Shown: positions 1 to 11,684, numbered from the stretch's first letter. The stretch: DNA of 43,316 bases from Octopus sinensis (GCF_006345805.1 NW_021835096.1:1-43316); one strand, 5' to 3'. Notes: generated by a model from the sequence alone, not told the origin. Program-made: numbers and translations.

Positions 1-279
1 ATTTTAAAGAATAGAGGGAGAAAAGCAATTTTTAAGGGAAAAAAAAATCATGATATTAGAAATTATATGATGAATATTTCCACAAGGGAATTAATTAATT
101 AATTAATTTAAAAAAATCTCATTGTTGTAAGAAGACAGAGATCCGTGCATCCCTTTTATGTTACTGACAGTGATGTGAGCTGGGGTGGAAACAGCAAGAG
201 GAAGGCTTGATGTAAACAGCAGTGTTCTTGGTAGACAGATATTATATCTCAAGTAAAAACAAAAAAATTCCAGTACATA

Positions 280-872
280 GACGCAGGAGTGGCTGTGTGG
301 TAAGTAGCTTGCTAACCAACCAATGGTCCGGGTTCAGTCCACCTGCGTGGCATCTTGGCAAGTGTCTTCGCTATAGCCTCGGGCCGACCAAAGCCTTGTG
401 AGTGATTTGGTAGACGGAAATTGAAAGAAGCCTGTCGTATATACCATATATATATATATAGGCGCAGGTGTGGCTGTGTGGTAATTAGCTTGCTAACCAA
501 CCACATGGTTCCGGGTTCAGTCCCACTGCGTGGCATCTTGGGCAAGTGTCTTCTGCTATAGCCTCGGGCCCGACCAAAGCCTTGTGAGTGGATTTGGTAG
601 ACGGAAACTGAAAGAAGCCTGTCATATATATGTATATATATATGTATGTATGTGTGTGTATATGTTTGTGTGTTTGTTCCCCTAGCATTGCTTGACAACC
701 GATGCTGGTGTGTTTATGTCCCCGTCACTTAGTGGTTCGGCAAAAAGAGACTGATTGAATAAGTACTGGGCTTACAAAAAGAATAAGTCCCGGGGTCGAG
801 TTGCTCGATTAAAGGCTGTGCTCCAGCATGGCCACAGTCAAATGACTGAAACAAGTAAAGAGTAAAAGAGAG
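280..872 (+). mobile_element. SINE family A (tRNA-like head, internal TA/TG microsatellite, 3' tail), with doubled head
   Basis: Heads at 280 and 461 with A-box-like TGGCTGTGTGG and B-box-like GGTTCAGTCC. Tail ends CCAGCATGGCCACAGTCAAATGACTGAAACAAGTAAAGAGTAAAAGAG. Many further copies in the window. Confidence 0.9.
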
Positions 873-1356
873 TACTTTGGATTGATGCTTTCTTTTTCTA
901 TGTTGTACAGAACATTGCCCCACCACCACCACAATGTGATGTATCCGTCCAATTCGGAGAAGGGGAACAGACAACAAACAGAGAAAGAGAGAGAAAGAAA
1001 GGAGTCAAGCCCAGTACTTCCTTTATGTTGCGCTTTATTACATATAGTTATGTATGTAGTGTAATAATACAAGTGAAAATATTTTATGTGGTTACACGAT
1101 TTAGCATCTATTTTTCAGCATATTGGCAAAGAAAATTTTATTCTTTTTGCCCTTATTTATAATTGGATAATTTTCACCTTAGAAGGTATTTTTCATATGC
1201 TGGCCACTTATAAAATTTTTTGATAAAATTTTTTCGTTATATTAGCAGTATATATATATATATATATGTATATACCGGAGTAAACACATAAATATGAAAC
1301 AAGGTGGAAAAAAGAGTACTCAAATACCAGTGGTAGAGTAATATGCTTTATTTAAA

Positions 1357-1388
<32 letters not shown>

Positions 1389-1389
<1 letters not shown>

Positions 1390-1587
1390 ACACCATGATA
1401 GATCGTTAGCTCCTACATGCATTGTTTTCTCTCCTTGTTTTTTTCTGTGTATCTTTCTGTCGAAGAGCGTAGGCTCGAAACGTAAAAGACTTTTTCTATT
1501 TCTATTCCTGAGCACTATACTAATACATTTGTTTCTTTCTACTCCGCCTGCCTTCATCTTTTGTTTATTTTCGTAAACTTTCCCTTT
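1389..1587 (+). mobile_element. Penelope-like pseudo-LTR fragment embedded in (TA)n
   Basis: Bounded by (TA)n on both sides and carries a minimal hammerhead motif. Its 3' part recurs at 18815-18889. Confidence 0.65.
1452..1489 (+). ncRNA. Minimal type I hammerhead ribozyme motif (A6U core variant)
   Basis: TCTTT-CTGTCGA-A-GAGC(gtag)GCTC-GAAA-CGT-A-AAAGA. Stem I TCTTT/AAAGA, stem II GAGC/GCTC, palindromic ACGT stem III, GUA cleavage triplet. Confidence 0.7.
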
Positions 1588-1629
1588 ATATATATATATA
1601 TATATATATAGATAGATAGATAGATAGAT

Positions 1630-1703
<74 letters not shown>

Positions 1704-1759
1704 ATATATATATAAAGAGAGAGAGAGAGAAAGAGACACACACATGTAAATTGACATAC

Positions 1760-1797
<38 letters not shown>

Positions 1798-1799
<2 letters not shown>

Positions 1800-2062
1800 T
1801 TGAAACACTCCTGTCACAACCTGGGACCTTGAAGACTGCTTAAATGCAAGAAAGTTTACTAGTCCCTTAATATTTTATATTCAATATTTCATCTATTCAA
1901 TAAGACAATCAACACTTTATTTCATTTTACTATATATATACTATTTATACTATATATTTTGTATTCTACATTAATATTATAAAGAATATAAATAAAACAT
2001 GAAAAACAGAGTTGGAATTTCTTTGATTAATTTATATCCCTCTACAATCATACAAACCCCTT
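1798..2062 (+). mobile_element. Penelope-like fragment between (TA)n tracts
   Basis: Unique AT-rich module flanked by TA repeats and containing a hammerhead-like motif. Confidence 0.5.
1823..1866 (+). ncRNA. Type I hammerhead-like motif with a 1-nt core insertion
   Basis: GGGAC-CTTGAAGA-cTGC(ttaaat)GCAa-GAAA-GT(tt)AC-TA-GTCCC. Stem I GGGAC/GTCCC abuts both core halves. Confidence 0.6.
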
Positions 2063-2079
2063 TATATATATATATACAG

Positions 2080-2110
<31 letters not shown>

Positions 2111-2344
2111 AATATAGATATATATACACACAGACACACACAGGCATAAATATACAGAGAGAGAGAGAAAGAGAGAAGGATTGACCTGAGTACTTTAATT
2201 ATATATTCCCATACCAGTTGGTGGTGTTGGTGATGGTGGTGGTGGTGCTGGCGGTGGTGGTTGTGATGATGGTGGTGTTGGTGATGATGATGGTGGTCAT
2301 GATGATGATGATGGTGATGATGATGTGAGCATTCATGTACATAT

Positions 2345-2730
2345 ATGTGCCATGGGTTTCTCTCGGTTTTGGTCAACCAGATCGCTTCATAAGGCATCGA
2401 CCAATCCCAGGGTTATATAACCTTACACTTGCACATGCTAACTAACAAGTGATGGGACTGAACATAAAAGCCATGTGGTCGACAAACAAATGACCTCACC
2501 ACACGCGTAGCCATAGCCATACCTGTGATTATGCTCCGCAAAACACTCCATCCGACTCTCTAACAACTTTGAGAATCCACTGAATTTAATTATTTCTTCA
2601 TTTATCGACATTGCAAGGATGAAAGGCAAAGTCAACCTTGGTGTTGTTTGAATTCCAAATGCAAAGAGCTGGAACAATTACCAAAAGGCATTTCATTAAC
2701 GCTTTAACGATTTCATTCATCAGTCACCTT
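2345..2730 (-). mobile_element. Degraded SINE A head followed by degraded SINE C
   Basis: Diverged matches: 'acacttgcac..gggactgaac..ccacac..gcca' (A) and 'ttatcgac..aaggatgaaaggcaaagtcaacctt' (C). Confidence 0.6.
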
Positions 2731-3164
2731 CAAATATTCCTGTGGAACATTCTAAATTTCCAAATCCATTTTGAAATATTATCGAGCATTTGTCATTAAT
2801 CATTGAATTATTACATTTATTAATTAGTCACTAATTGTTATCAAACAGAGTGTCAACTATCTTTTTATTAATTTAGTGTTTCTGTCTTTCATTCATTTCA
2901 GTAAATTGAGCTTCAGTCATGCCGAAGCGCTGACTTCAAAGGTTCTTTAGTCAAACATACTCAGTCCTAATTCCTCCACCACCCAGCAGTACTCAATTTA
3001 ATATTAATTTCCTTCTGCTTTGTTTGTTAAAACATCTAAGCTACAAGACATGCCAACATAAGGCCAATAACACCTGTGTAAACATAGACACAGGCATACA
3101 GATGCACATAAAAAGAAAATACCTTTTGTTGGTTTAACAGTTTTAATATAACAATGCATACTTA

Positions 3165-3707
3165 GGCGCAGGGGTGGCTGTGTGGTAAGTATCTTGCTTA
3201 CCAGCCACATGGTTCCGGGTTCAGTCCCACTGCGTGGCATCTTGGGCAAGTGTCTTCTGCTATAGCCTTGGGTTGACCAAAATCTTGTGAGTGGATTTGG
3301 TAGACGGAAACTGAAAGAAGCCTGTTGTATATATGTATATATTATCGCTATGGACTCCGTGTGGGCAGTCATCTAAAAGTTTTTGTTCATCTTGATGCTG
3401 ACATAAGTTCCTTGTCTTTCCTGATGAGAAGGCGGCATAATGCAACCCCTTATTCCTTCGAAATTAGGAATATTCAGTCTTTAAACATATGTTGAGAATA
3501 AAGGAATTTTTGTTAAATCGTCGTTCAACTCCATTCTTTCATTTATTTGTATTTAAAAAAACCACACAAATTCCCACATGAAAGCACGTGATCTCTGCCC
3601 TTGGCATGTAGCTTCAACCGTGTTTTTCTGACGTGAATTTGCTACCCGGGAAATCGGTTAACCGAATTATCCATACTAGGATAATTCATTCAACTACTTA
3701 AATATAC

Positions 3708-3739
<32 letters not shown>

Positions 3740-3955
3740 ATATGTTTGTGTGTCTGTGTTTGTCCCTCTAGCATTGCTTGACAACCGATGCTGGTGTGTT
3801 TACGTCCCCGTCACTTAGCGGTTCGGCAAAAGAGACCGATAGAATAAGTACTGGGCTTACAAAGAATAAGTCCCGGGGTCGATTTGCTCGACTAAAGGCG
3901 GTGCTCCAGCATGGCCGCAGTCAAATGACTGAAACAAGTAAAAGAGTAAAAAGAG
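3165..3955 (+). mobile_element. SINE A split at its internal TA tract by a ~360-bp insert
   Basis: Head at 3165-3340 and tail at about 3702-3955, with unrelated sequence between. Confidence 0.85.
3417..3470 (+). ncRNA. Type I hammerhead-like motif with collapsed stem III, inside the 3341-3701 insert
   Basis: TTTC-CTGATGA-GAAGG...CCTTC-GAAA-TT-A-GGAA. Both core strands are canonical and close a 5-bp stem II. Confidence 0.55.
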
Positions 3956-3961
3956 TATATG

Positions 3962-4150
3962 CACAGGCATGTCTGTGTGTTTAAGTAGTTTGCTTCCCAA
4001 ATGCATGGCTTTGGGTTCAGTTCCACTCCATGGCACCTCAGGCAAGTGTATTCTACTATAGTTTTCTTGCTTCTGCTCAATGCTTATAAAAAGAATATGT
4101 GCCCCAGCATGGCCACAGCCTCAGGGCTGAAATATGCAAAAGAATAAAAA
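3962..4150 (+). mobile_element. Old SINE A-like head joined to a LINE-type 3' tail
   Basis: Diverged head at 3962-4060. Tail GTGCCCCAGCATGGCCACAGCCTCAGGGCTGAAA at 4099-4132. Confidence 0.65.
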
Positions 4151-4272
4151 ATATACATGTGTGTGTGTGTGTGTGTGTGTGTTAGCATAAACTCAAAATG
4201 TGGACAACCAAAACAAATTCTGTGAGATCTCCTATCCAACATTCTAATGACCACACCATTACACTACCATTA

Positions 4273-4839
4273 GGAGGCGCAATGGCCCAGTGGTTAGGGC
4301 AGCGGACTCGCGGTCATAGGATCGCGGTTTCGATTCCCAGACCGGGCGTTGTGACTGTTTATTGAGCAAAAACACCTAAAAGTTCCACGAGGCTCTGGCA
4401 GGGGATGGTGGTGATCCCTGCTGTACTCTTTCACCACAACTTTCTCTCACTCTTACTTCCTGTTTCTGTTGTACCTGTATTTCAAAGGGCTGGCCTTGTC
4501 ACTCTCTGTGTCACGCTGAATATCCCCAAGAACTACGTTAAGGGTGCACGTGTCTGTGGAGTGCTCGGCCACTTGCACGTTAATTTCACGAGCAGGCTGT
4601 TCCGTTGATTCGGATCAACCGGAACCCTCGTCGTCGTAACCGACGGAGTGCTTCCATCCATTTCAAGGGGCCGGCCTTGTCACTCTGTGTCACGCTGAAT
4701 ATCCCCATGAACTACGTTAAGGGTACACATGTCTGTGGAGTGCTTGGCCACTTACACGTTAATTTCACGAGCAGGCTGTTCCGTTGATTCGGATCAACCG
4801 GAACCCTCGTCGTCATAACCGATGGAGTGCTTCCATCCC
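4273..4839 (+). mobile_element. SINE family B (tRNA-Arg-like head) with duplicated 3' 180 bp
   Basis: A box TGGCCCAGTGG, B box GTTTCGATTCC. Second 3' unit at 4660-4839. TSD ACACTACCATT at 4261-4271 and 4840-4850. Confidence 0.9.
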
Positions 4840-4862
4840 ACACTACCATTGTCGTGGTTTGA

Positions 4863-5202
4863 AATAATAATAATGAAATTATTGTATACAGTGCTCAGGT
4901 GCACCACAACTTGTCAGAAAGTGCATATAAAGCATATGCAGTAATGTAGAAATGTCTGGAAAGCGAACAATGTATGAGTCACATACATGCTTGTGTGTGT
5001 ATGGAGGGGAGAAAATCAGATGTAGTGTTGGTGAATCTCAGGAAGCATGGAAGTTTTGAAGGATGCAGTGCTCCGACAACTAACAACCGATGCCGGCAGT
5101 TTGTTCCATGCTTCAGCAACTCTCAGCGTGAAAAAATGTTTCCTGAAGTCATGGGAGCTGTGCTGTTTTCTTACTTTGTAAATATGTCCATGGGTGTTAG
5201 AT
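4863..5202 (-). mobile_element. 5'-truncated CR1-type LINE 3' end (ORF2 C-terminus, 3'UTR, (ATT)n tail)
   Basis: Translation THGHIYKVRKQHSSHDFRKHFFTLRVAEAWNKLPASVVSCRSTASFK fits the CR1 ORF2 C-terminal pattern TRGH..K...R..FF..RV...WN.LP..VV....FK. Confidence 0.85.
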
Positions 5203-5580
5203 GGTTTGTGTTGCCTTCTTAAACTTATTCCTTCTCTCTTTGCTTCTGCTTTTGCTTCCATTTCCCCCTTGTGTTTCTTGTTGTCATTTGGCAGCTTTTC
5301 TTCTCTCCAATTCTCATCAAACATTCACATCTAATAATAATAATAATAATCCTCTTTTTACTGCAGTTTAATGTCAAGCAGTTCCTGTGTAACTGACAAT
5401 TTCTTCATCTGTTTCACTAGCAATTACCTGCAATTACTCGTATAATTCCAATCTATTAATGTCCATTCTTCTTACATTACTTCATTATTTCTTCTCTTGG
5501 CCAGTAAATTTGCAGAATTGTAAGAGAGTCAGGAATAATTCCTTGCTTTATTTCTGTTTTGCTTTTCTACGTTCTACATA

Positions 5581-8500
5581 GGCGCAGGAGTGGCTGTGTG
5601 GTAAGTAGCTTGCTAACCAACCACATGGTTCCGGGTTCAGTCCCACTGCGTGGCACCTTGGGCAAGTGTCTTCTGCTATAGCCTCGGGCCGATCAAAGCC
5701 TTGTGAGTGGATTTGGTAGACGGAAACTGAAAGAAGCCCGTCATATATATATGTATAGGCGCAGGAGTGGCTGTGTGGTAAGTAGCTTGGTTACCAACCA
5801 CATGGTTCCGGGTTCAGTCCCACTGCATGGCACCTTGGGCAAGTGTCTTCTGCTATAGCCCCGGGCCGATCAAAGCCTTGTGAGTGGATTTGGTAGACGG
5901 AAACTGAAAGAAGCCCGTCATATATATATGTATAGGCGCAGGAGTGGCTGTGTGGTAAGTAGCTTGCTAACCAACACATGGTTCCGGGTTCAGTCCCACT
6001 GCGTGGCACCTTGGGCAAGTGTCTTCTGCTATGCTATAGCTCGGCCGATCAAAGCCTTGTGAGTGGATTTGGTAGACGGAAACTGAAAGAAGCCCGTCAT
6101 ATATATATGTATAGGCGCAGGAGTGGCTGTGTGGTAAGTAGCTTGCTTACCAACCACATGGTTCCGGGTTCAGTCCCACTGCATGGCACCTTGGGCAAGT
6201 GTCTTCTGCTATAGCCCCGGGCCGATCAAAGCCTTGTGAGTGGATTTGGTAGACGGAAACTGAAAGAAGCCCGTCATATATATATGTATAGGCGCAGGAG
6301 TGGCTGTGTGGTAAGTAGCTTGGTTACCAACCACATGGTTCCGGGTTCAGTCCCACTGCATGGCACCTTGGGCAAGTGTCTTCTGCTATAGCCCCGGGCC
6401 GATCAAAGCCTTGTGAGTGGATTTGGTAGACGGAAACTGAAAGAAGCCCGTCATATATATATGTATAGGCGCAGGAGTGGCTGTGTGGTAAGTAGCTTGC
6501 TAACCAACCACATGGTCCGGTTCAGTCCCACTGCGTGGCACCTTGGGCAAGTGTCTCTCTGCTATAGCCTCGGGCCGATCAAAGCCTTGTGAGTGGATTT
6601 GGTAGACGGAAACTGAAAAAGCCCGTCATATATATATGTATAGGCGCAGGAGTGGCTGTGTGGTAAGTAGCTTGGTTACCAACCACATGGTTCCGGGTTC
6701 AGTCCCACTGCATGGCACCTTGGGCAAGTGTCTTCTGCTATAGCCCCGGCCGATCAAAGCTTGTGAGTGGATTTGGTAGACGGAAACTGAAAGAAGCCCG
6801 TCATATATATATGTATAGGCGCAGGAGTGGCTGTGTGGTAAGTAGCTTGGTTACCAACCACATGGTTCCGGGTTCAGTCCACTGCATGGCACCTTGGGCA
6901 AGTGTCTTCTGCTATAGCCCCGGGCCGATCAAAGCCTTGTGAGTGGATTTGGTAGACGGAAACTGAAAGAAGCCCGTCATATATATATGTATAGGCGCAG
7001 GAGTGGCTGTGTGGTAGTAGCTTGGTTACCAACCACATGGTTCCGGGTTCAGTCCCACTGCATGGCACCTTGGGCAAGTGTCTTCTCTCTCTATAGCCCC
7101 GGCCGATCAAAGCCTTGTGAGTGGATTTGGTAGACGGAAACTGAAAGAAGCCCGTCATATATATATGTATAGGCGCAGGAGTGGCTGTGTGGTAAGTAGC
7201 TTGGTTACCAACCACATGGTTCCGGTTCAGTCCCACTGCGTGTCAAACCTTGGGCAAGTGTCTTCTGCTATAGCCTCGGGCTGACCAATGCCTTGTGAGT
7301 GGATTTGGTAGATGGAAACTGAAAGAAGCCCATCATATATATATATATAGGCGCAGGAGTGGCTGTGTGGTAAGTAGCTTGGTTACCAACCACATGGTTC
7401 CGGGTTCAGTCCCACTGCATGGCACCTTGGGCAAGTGTCTTCTGCTATAGCCCCGGGCCGATCAAAGCCTTGTGAGTGATTTGGTAGACGGAAACTGAAA
7501 GAAGCCCGTCATATATATATGTATAGGCGCAGGAGTTGCTGTGTGGTAAGTAGCTTGGTTACCAACCACATGGTTCCGGGTTCAGTCCCACTGCATGGCA
7601 CCTGGGGCAAGTGTCTTCTGCTATAGCCCCGGGCCGACCAAAGCCTTGTGAGTGGATTTGGTAGACGGAAACTGAAAGAAGCCCGTCATATATATATGTA
7701 TAGGCGCAGGAGTGGCTGTGTGGTAAGTAGCTTGGTTACCAACCACATGGTTCCGGGTTCAGTCCCACTGCGTGGCACCTGGGCAAGTGTCTTCTGCTAT
7801 AGCCCCGGCCGACCAAAGCCTTGTGAGTGGATTTGGTAGACGGAAACTGAAAGAAGCCCGTCATATATATATATATAGGCGCAGGAGTGGCTGTGTGGTA
7901 AGTAGCTTGCTTACCAACCACATGGTTCCGGGTTCAGTCCCACTGCGTGGCACCTTGGGCAAGTGTCTTCTGCTATAGCCCCGGCCGATCAAAGCCTTGT
8001 GAGTGGATTTGGTAGACGGAAACTGAAAGAAGCCCGTCATATATATATGTATAGGCGCAGGAGTGGCTGTGTGGTAAGTAGCTTGGTTACCAACCACATG
8101 GTTCCGGGTTCAGTCCCACTGCATGGCACTTGGCAAGTGTCTTCTGCTATAGCCCCGGCCGATCAAAGCCTTGTGAGTGGATTTGGTAGACGGAAACTGA
8201 AGAGAGCCCGTCATATATATATGTATAGGCGCAGGAGTGGCTGTGTGGTAAGTAGCTTGCTTACCAACCACATGGTTCCGGGTTCAGTCCCACTGCATGG
8301 CACCTTGGGCAAGTGTCTTCTGCTATAGCCCCGGGCCGATCAAAGCCTTGTGAGTGGATTTGGTAGACGGAAACTGAAAGAAGCCCGTCATATATATATG
8401 TATAGGCGCAGGAGTGGCTGTGTGGTAAGTAGCTTGCTTACCAACCACATGGTTCCGGGTTCAGTCCCACTGCGTGGCATCTTGGGCAAGCATCTTCTGC

Positions 8501-8821
8501 TTTAGCCCTGGGCCGACCAATGCTTTGTGAGTGGATTTGGTAGACGGAAACTGAAAGAAGCCTGTCATACATATGTATATATACATATATGTATGTGTGT
8601 TTGTTTGTGTGTCTGTGTTTGTCCCCCTAGCATTGCTTGACAACCGATGCTGGTGTGTTTATGTCCCCGTTACTTAGCGGTTCGGCAAAAGAGACCGATA
8701 GAATAAGTACTGGGCTTACAAAAAGAATAAGTCCCGGGGTCGATTTGCTCGACTAAAAAGGCGGTGCTCCAGCATGGCCGCAGTCAAATGACTGAAACAA
8801 GTAAAAGAGTAAAAGAGTAAA
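5581..8821 (+). repeat. Tandem array of 17 SINE A heads (~177-bp unit), the last continuing into a full tail
   Basis: GGCGCAGGAG starts at 5581, 5758, 5935, 6114, 6291, 6468, 6643, 6818, 6994, 7172, 7350, 7526, 7703, 7878, 8054, 8228 and 8405. Units are joined by short (TA)n. Confidence 0.95.
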
Positions 8822-8827
8822 GTGTAT

Positions 8828-8960
8828 CCTGAGTTCAAATCCCACTAAGGTCACCCCTTTTATTCCTCTAGGGTTGATAAAATAAAATACCAGTCGAGTG
8901 TTGGGATTGATTTAAGCATCTAAACCACCTGCCCCCCCCCCCACAATGAATTTAAGGCCA
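8828..8960 (+). mobile_element. 3' half of an old SINE C; its 5' half lies at about 5500-5576
   Basis: '...tacgttct' before the array and 'gagttcaaatcccactaaggtca...' after it rejoin to the C sequence TACGTTCTGAGTTCAAAT. Confidence 0.65.
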
Positions 8961-9096
8961 TACGTTTAAATGTATGTATGCATGTGTGCGTGTATGTGTG
9001 ACAGGTAAATGGGCAGGCAGGTGTTTGGATGGATAAATGAATTTCTTCTGTTATTAATTATTTAAATTCTCCCCCCCCACCCACGAGGAAGGAGCT

Positions 9097-9219
9097 CTCT
9101 TTACTCTTTACTCTTTTACTTGTTTCAGTCATTTGACTGCGGCCATGCTGGAGCACCGCCTTTAGTCGAGCAAATCGACCCCAGGACTTATTCTTTGTAA
9201 GCCTACTACTTATTCTATC
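9097..9219 (-). mobile_element. 5'-truncated SINE A tail
   Basis: Reverse complement of the A tail. Confidence 0.85.
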
Positions 9220-9221
9220 AT

Positions 9222-10190
9222 AGAAATGGATGAGTGAATGAACTAAAAATGAATGAATGAATTAGAGGGTTACAGAATAAATGAAAGAATGAATGTATGA
9301 CTGAACAAAGGAATAAGTGAATGAATGAATTAAAAATGAATGAGTGAGTGAAAGAAAAACTGGAGAAGTAAATGAATGATTGAATGTTTGCACAAAGGAA
9401 TGACCGAATGAAAGAATGAAAAAAGAAATGGGTAAATGAGTGAATGAACTAAAAATGAATGAATGAATGAATTAGAGGGTTACAGAATAAATGGAAGAAT
9501 GAATGTGTGACTGAACAAATGAATGAATGGATGGCAGAAATTGATGAATGGTTAATGTAATTAGTTAATGATTTGGAATGATTGAATGAATGAATAAATG
9601 AGTGAATAAACAAAATGAAGAAAGAAACGAATGAATGAATGAATTAAGAATTGGACAAATAAATAATTGAATGAATGAATGAATTAAATTGAATGAATGA
9701 ATTAATTAAGAAATGGACAAATAAATAATTGAATGAATTAATTAATCAAGAAATGGACAAAGAAATAATTGAATGAATGAATGAATTAAGAAATCGACAA
9801 ATAAATAATTGAATGAATGAATGAATTAATTAATTAATTAATTTGCAAAGAAATGATTGGATAGACAAATAAATGAATGAATAAAATAATGAGTGAAGAA
9901 ACAAACGAGTCAACAAATGATTGAATGACTAAATGAAGGAGAAACGAAAGAAGAAAGATAGGGATGAATTAAGGAATGACAGAATTAATAAATGACTAAT
10001 GAATAAATGAATAGATAACCAATTCCATTAATGTGTGAATGAACAAAGAACTAACGAGTAAATGAATGAAATGAAGAATTATAATTGAATTAAATAAAGG
10101 GTTAGCGAGTGAATGAATTATTCAAGGAAGGAAGGAATGAAGAATGAAATGAACAAATGAAGAAACTTGTCAAATGAACCAATGAATTCA
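9222..10190. repeat. Degenerate (GAAT)n-rich low-complexity tract with internal duplications
   Basis: GAAT/AAAT units throughout. A ~90-bp block at about 9222 is repeated at about 9425. Confidence 0.85.
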
Positions 10191-10292
10191 TTAGCTATAG
10201 TTCCGATATTGAAAAATATATAAAAAAAAAAAGGGAAAGAAAACAGAAAAGAAACAAAGTAAACAAAAATAAAATTATTTATTTAAAAGAAT

Positions 10293-10373
10293 CTATTTTT
10301 TTTTTGTCTCTGCTGCTCTCACGCTACCATCTCGGCCAGTACCACCTCCTCTTTCTGGTTGAACTAATAATAC
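10293..10373 (-). CDS. Candidate terminal exon of an unknown host gene
   Basis: Long polypyrimidine tract then TCTACAG acceptor. Phase 0 reads [32 protein letters not shown] at 10283-10278 is followed by U/GU-rich sequence. No homology recognised. Confidence 0.3.
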   Translation of the reverse strand, partial: VLLVQPERGGGTGRDGSVRAAETKKK

Positions 10374-10381
10374 CTGTAGAG

Positions 10382-10441
10382 GAAAGAAGAATGAATGAAA
10401 GAAAGAAAGAAAGAAAGAAGAATGAATGAAAGAAAGAATGA

Positions 10442-10481
<40 letters not shown>

Positions 10482-11104
10482 AGAATGAATGAAAGAAAGA
10501 AAGAAAGAAAGAAAGAAGAATGAATGAAAGAAAGAAAGAAAGAAAGAAAGAAGAATGAATGAAAGAAAGAAAGAAAGAAAGAAAGAAGAATGAATGAAAG
10601 AAAGAAAGAAAGAAAGAAAGAAGAATGAATGAAAGAAAGAAAGAAAGAAAGAAGAATGAATGAAAGAAAGAAAGAAAGAAAGAAAGAAGAATGAATGAAA
10701 GAAAGAAAGAAAGAAGAATGAATGAATGAAAGAAAGAAAGAAAAAAAGAAAGAAAGAAGAATGAATGAAAGAAAGAAAGAAAGAAAGAAAGAAGAATGAA
10801 TGAAAGAAAGAAAGAAAGAAAGAAAGAAGAAGAAAGAAAGAAAGAAGATGAATAAAGAAAGAAAGAAAGAAAGAAAGAAGAATGAATGAAAGAAAGAAAG
10901 AAAGAAGAAAGAAGAATGAATGAAAGAAAGAAAGAAAGAAGAATGAATGAAAGAAAGAAAGAAAGAAAGAAAGAAGATGAATGAAAGAAAGAAAGAAAGA
11001 AGAATGAAAGAAAGAAAGAAAGAAAGAAAGAAGAATGAATGAAAGAAAGAAAGAAAGAAAGAAGAATGAATGAAAGAAAGAAAGAAAGAAGAATGAATGA
11101 AAGC

Positions 11105-11140
<36 letters not shown>

Positions 11141-11212
11141 AGAAGAATGAACGAAAGAAAGAAAGAAAGAAGAATGAATGAAAGAAAGAAAGAAAGAAAG
11201 AAGAATGAATGA

Positions 11213-11252
<40 letters not shown>
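10382..11252. repeat. Compound (GAAA)n/GAAGAATGAAT microsatellite
   Basis: Direct reading. It explains the 313-aa and 370-aa F/L/S ORFs. Confidence 0.95.
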
Positions 11253-11647
11253 AGGGAAATGACAAGCAGCAATGATAATATTAAAAAAAAAAATTTTTTT
11301 AAACTAACAAATATTCTCTTCCAAACACATCCACTCCCACAGCTGCTGCCACCACCACCACCACCACCACCGACACCACCGACACCACTCCTCACCCCCT
11401 CACCCTTCACACCATGCCGAACCAATAATGTTTGCAGATGTAATCTTATAATGTTTATTCTTGATCTCCAAGTCAATATGACAACGTGATGTGTCCTGTT
11501 GTTATTTGACCTCTCTTTCTCTCTCTTTCTCTCTCTCTCTCTTTCTCTTTCTTTCTCTGCTTCTCACTCTTTAGCTCCATCTGTCTGCATCTCACTCTCT
11601 CCCCTCTCTCTCTCCCTCCCTCTCTCCTCTCTCTCCCTATCTATCTA

Positions 11648-11681
<34 letters not shown>

Positions 11682-11684
<3 letters not shown>

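Noticed and set aside
105-250. Short minus-strand open frame after acceptor-like sites
   Set aside because: No homology recognised and the signals are too weak to support an exon.
312-698. Recurrent peptides such as GYSRRHLPKMPRSGTEPGTMWLVSKL and LFQSFDCGHAGAPP
   Set aside because: They are antisense translations of SINE A copies, not a gene family.
4273-4345. tRNA gene
   Set aside because: A and B boxes are present but there is no proper acceptor stem. It continues into a SINE body with a TSD, as do the other heads.
5581-8821. 177-bp array as a retrozyme (tandem hammerhead repeat) or CRISPR array
   Set aside because: No CTGANGA/GAAA core with stems was found in the unit (CTGAAAGA does not fit), and there are no unique spacers or cas genes.
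10324-11476. Long ORFs of 313 and 370 aa, and similar ones at 13610-14119, 21010-21747, 25867-27070 and 33419-34406
   Set aside because: Stop-free translations of simple repeats with no protein-like complexity.
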